Part shown: positions 58,569 through 64,000 of the stretch, in pieces
Layout: each line of letters starts with the position of its first letter
Numbering within the stretch: position 1 is the first letter of the stretch
Source of the DNA: Candidatus Obscuribacteraceae bacterium
Lineage (GTDB): Bacteria; Cyanobacteriota; Vampirovibrionia; Obscuribacterales; Obscuribacteraceae
Assembly (NCBI GenBank): GCA_044229845.1
Contig: JBGASG010000006.1
Coordinates: forward strand, 256,001 to 320,000
Reading direction: 5' to 3'
Length of the DNA: 64,000 nucleotides
Notes under the pieces: model-generated
What the model saw: only the letters and a program-made list of their open reading frames with translations
The model's database searches: none
What the model was told of the DNA's origin: nothing
Translations under genes and position numbers: made by a program

Positions 58569-59087
58569 CTAATCGAGATAGAAGTTAGTCACTATCTTAC
58601 GATGTTCTTTGGCGTATTCAACAGATTCCAGCAACGTGTTGCTGGTGTGGTAGAGGAAGCAGATGATCTGCTGGCAGCGATCGATGATTTCGTGGTTGCA
58701 CATTTTACTGGCATCAGCGAGGGTCATCGTGCGGCGCTCGGGATATTCGACGATGTTCTTGACGCCAATCAGGAGATCTTGCACTTCACTGGGTTGCTGC
58801 CCGATCGTCTGCGGCAGAATTATCTCCAGACGATCCGGATTGGCGCGTTGTGCACCGCGGATCGCCGCCATGTTGGTACCGTTGGCACCACCGCTGGTGA
58901 CCACCTGGTTGCCGGAAAGCACCAGCGCATAACTGAGCATTTCGACCAGCTGCTGGTGGGTAAGCGGCAGGTTGCGCGTACCGATTATTGCCACGCGGCG
59001 CGGTCCTGACTGCTGAATTAAGAGCAGTTCCTGCGCCAGGGCATCTACAGTTGGGACTGTGGCTGCGCCACGTTCTGCTGGGCTCAT
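58569..59087 (-). CDS. Short DprA/SLOG-type Rossmann protein (cyanobacterial 'DNA recombination-mediator A'-like)
   Basis: VAIIGTR, TSGG-x-x-GTN, CNHEII. Confidence 0.75.
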   Translation of the reverse strand: MSPAERGAATVPTVDALAQELLLIQQSGPRRVAIIGTRNLPLTHQQLVEMLSYALVLSGNQVVTSGGANGTNMAAIRGAQRANPDRLEIILPQTIGQQPSEVQDLLIGVKNIVEYPERRTMTLADASKMCNHEIIDRCQQIICFLYHTSNTLLESVEYAKEHRKIVTNFYLD

Positions 59088-59384
59088 CGAGTCACCGTTT
59101 GTCCGGGGTTAATACAAGACCGCTTGCTTTCGTCAGCGGACTTCACTTGCAGGCCATTGGCAAGAAGTTAAAGGGTCTACTAAGAATACAGGGGAAGACC
59201 TTTGCTATCATTCTGCCGTTCTCACCGCCTCTACAGTAAACGCATACAACACCGTTAGGAAGCCTTCAGCTTGGCTGTTTACAAGTCGTAAAAAATACGC
59301 CGAGCAAGTCGAGTTTTGTATGCGTTTGACTGCTGTGCGGTAGTTCGGTTGAAAGTGGTATCATCGCTTGGAAACTATACTTAC

Positions 59385-62021
59385 ATGCAAACAGGTCAAG
59401 CTCAGCCTCCCGGTGCTGAAGGTTTCGCGGAATCGCGCGTGGTCGATACGGAAAAACTGGTCTCAAAGCTCAATGCCGAGCAACAGCAGGCGGTAACCCA
59501 GAACTGGGGACCGTCATTGATCATTGCCGGCGCCGGCTCCGGCAAGACCACGGTGCTGACGCGACGCATCGGCTACATCATCTCGCAACTCAAACAATCA
59601 CCGGCATCCGTGCTGGCGGTCACCTTCACCAACAAGGCAGCCGCCGAGATGAAAGCTCGCGTGGAAGCCTTGCTGGGAGCCGATATCGCCAAGCGCATCA
59701 ACGTCGGTACTTTTCACTCGATATGTGCGCGACTACTGCGAAGAGATATCCAACACTACACCGGACCGGGCGGTACGACCTGGAAAAGCAACTTCGTCAT
59801 CTACGATGAGACCGACACGTCAAATGTCATCAAGGGCGTGGTCACCAAGCTCAATTTGGACGAGAAGGTCTTCTCCCCCAAGGAGATGTATCGATCAATA
59901 TCTGCTTTGAAGAACGACGGCATCTCGGCGCAGAAATTTGCGGCGCGGGCCAAAGACTATCGAGATACACGGATTGCGGAGATATTCACTGCATATCAGG
60001 AGCAACTCTCGAAAAACAACGCGCTTGATTTCGATGATCTAATCCTTGTTTATACGGAATTGTTGAAGCAGAACCAGGAGGTCCGCGAACGCCATCAAAA
60101 CTGGTTCCGGCATCTGCTCGTAGATGAATTCCAGGACACCAACCAATCGCAATATCAATTGGTCAGACTCTTGGCTCCGGACAACAGCGAGGCTAAAACG
60201 CCCGAGGAATTACAGGCGCTCTGGCAGAATCGCACACTGATGGTGGTCGGCGATGTAGACCAATCTATTTATTCATGGCGCAAAGCGGACTTTCGAATTA
60301 TTCTCGGCTTCCAGACAGATTTTGCCAACGCGCAATTGATCAAGCTGGAAGAGAACTATCGCTCCACTTCGACCATTCTGGACGCCGCCAACAGCGTCAT
60401 CAAAAACAATGATGAGCGCATCGACAAAGTCTTGCGCTGCAACCGTCAGCAGGGCGGCAAGGTGCGCTGTTATCCGGCGATCGACGAAATCGACGAAGCG
60501 CACTTTGTGGTCGACGAACTCAAACGCCTGAAAGCCCGGGATCTCAGACTCTCCGGTTGCGTCTTGCTCTACCGAACCAACGCCCAGAGCCGGGCGATTG
60601 AAGAAGTCTTGGTGCGCAGCAATATCCCCTACACAATGGTGGGAGGCACGCGATTTTACGACCGGGCCGAAATTAAGGACATCATGGCGTATCTGCGTCT
60701 TGTCTATAACGCAGCGGATGGTCAGGCATTCAACAGAATCGTCAACAATCCGCGCCGCGGACTCGGAAAAACCACTCTCGATCGCCTGGAGGAATTTGCC
60801 GATACAGAACGCTGGACGATGGTGAATGCGGCTCACAACGCGCCGCGCATCGCCGGCATCCCAGCCAAACAAGGCAAGGCGCTGCAGGACTTCGCCGTCA
60901 GCGTCGATCGCTGGCGCACCATGTCTGGTGCCATGCCGATCTCGCAACTGGTGGAGATGGTTCTCAAAGAATCAGGCTACATGGACAAAATTGCCGAGGA
61001 AGCCGCTTCTTCGCGCGACGAGCTGGTGCTCAGTCGTATTGAGAACTTGCGCGAATTCGTCAACGTCGCACGCGAGTTCGAAAACCTGGCCGACAATGCC
61101 GATCTGGAAGGATTCTTGACGCGAATTTCGCTGGTCAGCGATCTCGATTCTCTCAAAGAGAATCAAGACACGGTGAAGCTGATGACCCTGCACTCCGCCA
61201 AGGGGCTGGAGTTTCCCACCGTCTTCTTGATGGGACTGGAGGAAGGGCTTTTCCCGCATGTGCGTTCGCTCAATTCGCCTTCCTCCATGGAAGAGGAAAG
61301 ACGCCTCATGTACGTGGGCATCACCAGAGCGGAAGACCGGCTGTACATCACATACGCGCGCAAACGCAACACGTTCAGCGGCAACTTCAGCGGCACTAAC
61401 TACACCATTCCCAGCCGCTTCCTCGGCGAAATAGCCACCGAATGCATGACCGGCTATACCGCCGATCCGGCAGCCAATTACGACACCACAGGTGGTGCCG
61501 GTGAACGCAGCCGCTATGGCGGCGGCGGCAGTAGTTATGGCGGCGGATATGGCGGCAGTGGTGGCTACGGCAATAGAGGCGGCGGCGGTGGTTACGGCGG
61601 TGGCGGCAATAGCTACGGCAACGGTAGTGGTCACGGCAATAGCGGCAGCTATGGTGGCGGCAGCAGCAACAGCTACAGCGGCAACCGCTCCAACAGCTAC
61701 GGCGGCAGTGGAAGCAACAGCAATCGATACAGCGCTCCTAAAGAGTTCGAACAACCGGTCAAAAAGGCTCCCGCCAAACCGCGAGTCCTTTCGCGCTCAG
61801 GCTCGGGAGCGGTCCCGGAAGACCCAAATCGACCGATTTCTCCTCAATCAAATTATGAGCGCCTGAAAGTCGGCGACAAAGTCATGCACGCCAAATTTGG
61901 TGCGGGCGTGGTGTCACAAGTGATTGGTGAAAACGAGAAAGAGCTCTACAACGTCGAGTTTCCAGAAGCCGGCAAGCGCCTTCTCGATCCACGCTTCGCC
62001 AAACTGGTGAAACTGGACTAG
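59385..62021 (+). CDS. pcrA: ATP-dependent DNA helicase PcrA/UvrD
   Basis: AGAGSGKT, TFTNKAA, VDEFQDTN, GDVDQSIY, NYRS, TLHSAKGLEF, EERRLMYVGITRA; C-terminal Tudor-like GDKVMHAKFG. Confidence 0.96.
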   Translation: MQTGQAQPPGAEGFAESRVVDTEKLVSKLNAEQQQAVTQNWGPSLIIAGAGSGKTTVLTRRIGYIISQLKQSPASVLAVTFTNKAAAEMKARVEALLGADIAKRINVGTFHSICARLLRRDIQHYTGPGGTTWKSNFVIYDETDTSNVIKGVVTKLNLDEKVFSPKEMYRSISALKNDGISAQKFAARAKDYRDTRIAEIFTAYQEQLSKNNALDFDDLILVYTELLKQNQEVRERHQNWFRHLLVDEFQDTNQSQYQLVRLLAPDNSEAKTPEELQALWQNRTLMVVGDVDQSIYSWRKADFRIILGFQTDFANAQLIKLEENYRSTSTILDAANSVIKNNDERIDKVLRCNRQQGGKVRCYPAIDEIDEAHFVVDELKRLKARDLRLSGCVLLYRTNAQSRAIEEVLVRSNIPYTMVGGTRFYDRAEIKDIMAYLRLVYNAADGQAFNRIVNNPRRGLGKTTLDRLEEFADTERWTMVNAAHNAPRIAGIPAKQGKALQDFAVSVDRWRTMSGAMPISQLVEMVLKESGYMDKIAEEAASSRDELVLSRIENLREFVNVAREFENLADNADLEGFLTRISLVSDLDSLKENQDTVKLMTLHSAKGLEFPTVFLMGLEEGLFPHVRSLNSPSSMEEERRLMYVGITRAEDRLYITYARKRNTFSGNFSGTNYTIPSRFLGEIATECMTGYTADPAANYDTTGGAGERSRYGGGGSSYGGGYGGSGGYGNRGGGGGYGGGGNSYGNGSGHGNSGSYGGGSSNSYSGNRSNSYGGSGSNSNRYSAPKEFEQPVKKAPAKPRVLSRSGSGAVPEDPNRPISPQSNYERLKVGDKVMHAKFGAGVVSQVIGENEKELYNVEFPEAGKRLLDPRFAKLVKLD

Positions 62022-62137
62022 CCCCGCTTCTTGGCAATTGAGCGCGGTTACAACTGCTTGAGCACGCACTAGCGCGCGTGTTAGCTTACGCAACCCCGCT
62101 CCAACCAATTACTGACATCGAAACAGGAGACAACATC

Positions 62138-62599
62138 GTGGCAGAACTGCAGAGAACTTTCGTAGCGATTAAGCCGGACGGCGTGCAACGCGGATTGATT
62201 GGCGAAATAGTTTCGCGGTTCGAACGTCGCGGCTTGAAAGTCGTGGCCATGAAATTCATGACGGTGCCGAAAGAACTGGCAGAGACGCACTACGGTGAGC
62301 ACAAAGGCAAACCCTTTTACGAGGGGCTCGTCAACTACATCATCTCCGGGCCGATTGTGGCTATGGTGCTGGAAGGCAAGGATGCAGTGACACTGGGACG
62401 CAACGTCATTGGCGCCACCAATCCGGCAAATGCTGCACCAGGCACCATCCGTGGAGATCTGGCAGTAGAAATCGGGCGCAATCTGGTGCACGGCTCCGAC
62501 GGACCCGAGTCGGCGAAGCGCGAAGTCGGGATTTTCTTCAAAGACAATGAAATCTCGTCGGGCTGGGATCGCTCCACCGATAAATGGATCAGCGAATAG
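62138..62599 (+). CDS. ndk: Nucleoside diphosphate kinase
   Basis: AGGAG RBS + GTG; IKPDGVQRGL, PGTIRGD, NLVHGSD. Confidence 0.97.
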   Translation: MAELQRTFVAIKPDGVQRGLIGEIVSRFERRGLKVVAMKFMTVPKELAETHYGEHKGKPFYEGLVNYIISGPIVAMVLEGKDAVTLGRNVIGATNPANAAPGTIRGDLAVEIGRNLVHGSDGPESAKREVGIFFKDNEISSGWDRSTDKWISE

Positions 62600-62870
62600 G
62601 TCCTGACCAATGAGTGCTGCAAGTCTCTCCGTTTACGGCGAGGAATGATAGCAACGCTTGCTCCGCCGGCGGTGCAAGACCAATTTGCATTCTGGGGAAT
62701 GCGTATGCTATACGTATGTATAGTTCCCGCAGAACCAAGTTGGGGACTGCAGGGCGGAACCCACCGTGTCGGCGTCCATCTCGGACTCCCAGCCGGAATC
62801 CCCTTTCCAGGAAGGGGAGGAGGTCAATTCGATATCCTATATATACGGGATTAAAAGAGAGGTCTGGTCC

Positions 62871-63242
62871 ATGGATGTTTTCCGCAAGATCGAGAAGCAG
62901 CTTGACTGGAAGAAGGTTAAAGTGATCGGCGGAGACCTGGAAGCTGGCGCCTGGGACTTTGCCGGCGACTCCATAGTGCTCAATCCCTTCACGACTGTCG
63001 TCTTGCAGTCGAACATCAAAGATTTGAAGGTGCAAACGGAGCAGTCCATGAAAGACCTGCCCAAAACGGTCGGCATGACCCTGGCTGGTTCGTTGTTCGG
63101 ACCCCTGGGGGCAATGGCCGGATTCATCGCCGCCGGGCACAAGAAAGAGATCTGCCTGCTTTGCGAGTTGAAAGACGGTCGCAAGTTCCTCGCCATCATG
63201 GATAACCGCGTCTATCAGCAATTTCTGGCCTTGTCGCTCTAG
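62871..63242 (+). CDS. Hypothetical protein with glycine-zipper segment
   Basis: GAGAGG RBS; GSLFGPLGAMAG; DGRKFLA. Confidence 0.7.
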   Translation: MDVFRKIEKQLDWKKVKVIGGDLEAGAWDFAGDSIVLNPFTTVVLQSNIKDLKVQTEQSMKDLPKTVGMTLAGSLFGPLGAMAGFIAAGHKKEICLLCELKDGRKFLAIMDNRVYQQFLALSL

Positions 63243-64000
63243 GCGCGCCAGGCACCGCTGACGTGACTTCTAATCTCCGCATGCACCTGCTCGGCCGGTA
63301 GGTCTTTCAGGCAGGCAATGGTGCCCAGGGGACAGCGCTTCTGGTGGCACGGCTGGCAGGTCAGCCCCAGCGCCACCGCCCGCGTCTGGGGACCGAAGGG
63401 ACCGTTGCGCCCCGGGGGTGTGGAGCCATAAACTCCCACCACCGGCACGCCGCCCACCGCAGTCGCCAGGTGCATGGGTCCGGTGTCGGCACCAACCACC
63501 AGATTGGTGCGCTTAAACAGAGCAATCAGGTCCAGCAACGAGGTCTTTTCGGTCAAATTAATGAAGCCGCCAGCGGTGGCGCGCTTGCCGAACTCGCTCT
63601 CGATGTAGGCATTGGTGAGGGTTTCAGCCGGTCCGCCGATGACCGCCAGCCTGTAACCGTCCTCGGTGGCAAGCTTAATTGCCAGCTCCGCCCACTTTTC
63701 TCGCGGCCAGATTTTAGTATTCCAGGTGGTGCCGGGGATTAGCACCGCAAGCGGTGCTTCAGGACGCACCACCGCCAACCAATTCTCAACGCGGTCTAAG
63801 CTTTCCTGAGGCGGAGCCGGGAGAGGAAACACTGCCGGGTGCTGGCTTCCAAGCTCTGGTGGCTTCTCTGGTGCATACCCCAGGCGGTGGCACATCTGGT
63901 GTGCCAGTTTTAGATTGAGGCTAATGACATGTTGTCCATAACCAAAATAGTCACCAACATCGATGGCATCCGTGAGCAGCCGATCCGCACCTTCCCTGGT
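63239..64000 (-). CDS. Glycosyltransferase family 9 (heptosyltransferase-like), 5' end outside the window
   Basis: PGTTW-x-TKIWP, DTGPMHLA, CQPC...CP...C. Confidence 0.9.
   Translation of the reverse strand, partial: TREGADRLLTDAIDVGDYFGYGQHVISLNLKLAHQMCHRLGYAPEKPPELGSQHPAVFPLPAPPQESLDRVENWLAVVRPEAPLAVLIPGTTWNTKIWPREKWAELAIKLATEDGYRLAVIGGPAETLTNAYIESEFGKRATAGGFINLTEKTSLLDLIALFKRTNLVVGADTGPMHLATAVGGVPVVGVYGSTPPGRNGPFGPQTRAVALGLTCQPCHQKRCPLGTIACLKDLPAEQVHAEIRSHVSGAWRA

Noticed and set aside
1..64000. CRISPR array, rRNA, transposase or integrase genes
   Set aside because: No regularly spaced repeats and no DDE, HUH or tyrosine/serine recombinase motifs recognised by eye

Overview
A gene-dense, moderately GC-rich bacterial chromosome segment. 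Cyanobacteria-like housekeeping proteins without photosynthesis genes, plus signal-peptide-less proteins with acidic N-termini, suggest a non-photosynthetic cyanobacterial relative (Melainabacteria/Vampirovibrionia, Obscuribacterales-like); this is inference only. Core genes: a peptide ABC importer (two binding proteins, two permeases), a DICT-GAF-GGDEF-HD-GYP protein, pucR-potA, tRNA-Ala(GGC), cpdA, amidase, coaX, glmU, secA-tsaB-rimI-bioY, rlmN, a type IV pilin with a PilG/XapA-like partner, an LCP protein, two GT9 transferases, a histidine kinase/HD-GYP pair, mraY, pcrA and ndk. Two accessory zones stand out. (1) 2.4-7.9 kb: a frameshifted JAB/MPN-domain polymorphic-toxin-like gene followed by two membrane-protein genes, with all three junctions marked by ATCAGTCCAC and one carrying a 45-bp relic of the toxin 3' end; next to it is a separately promoted small-ORF + DUF2290-like two-gene module. 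(2) 16.8-19.1 kb: an HExxH metallopeptidase gene bracketed by a 9-bp direct repeat that seems to have interrupted a small Cys-rich gene, with a long inverted-repeat element at its right edge. Also noted: a candidate structured ncRNA upstream of glmU, a lipoprotein paralogue of the pilin, a prion-like G/Y/S/N tract in PcrA and an about 84-aa insertion in SecA. No CRISPR array, rRNA, transposase or integrase was found.
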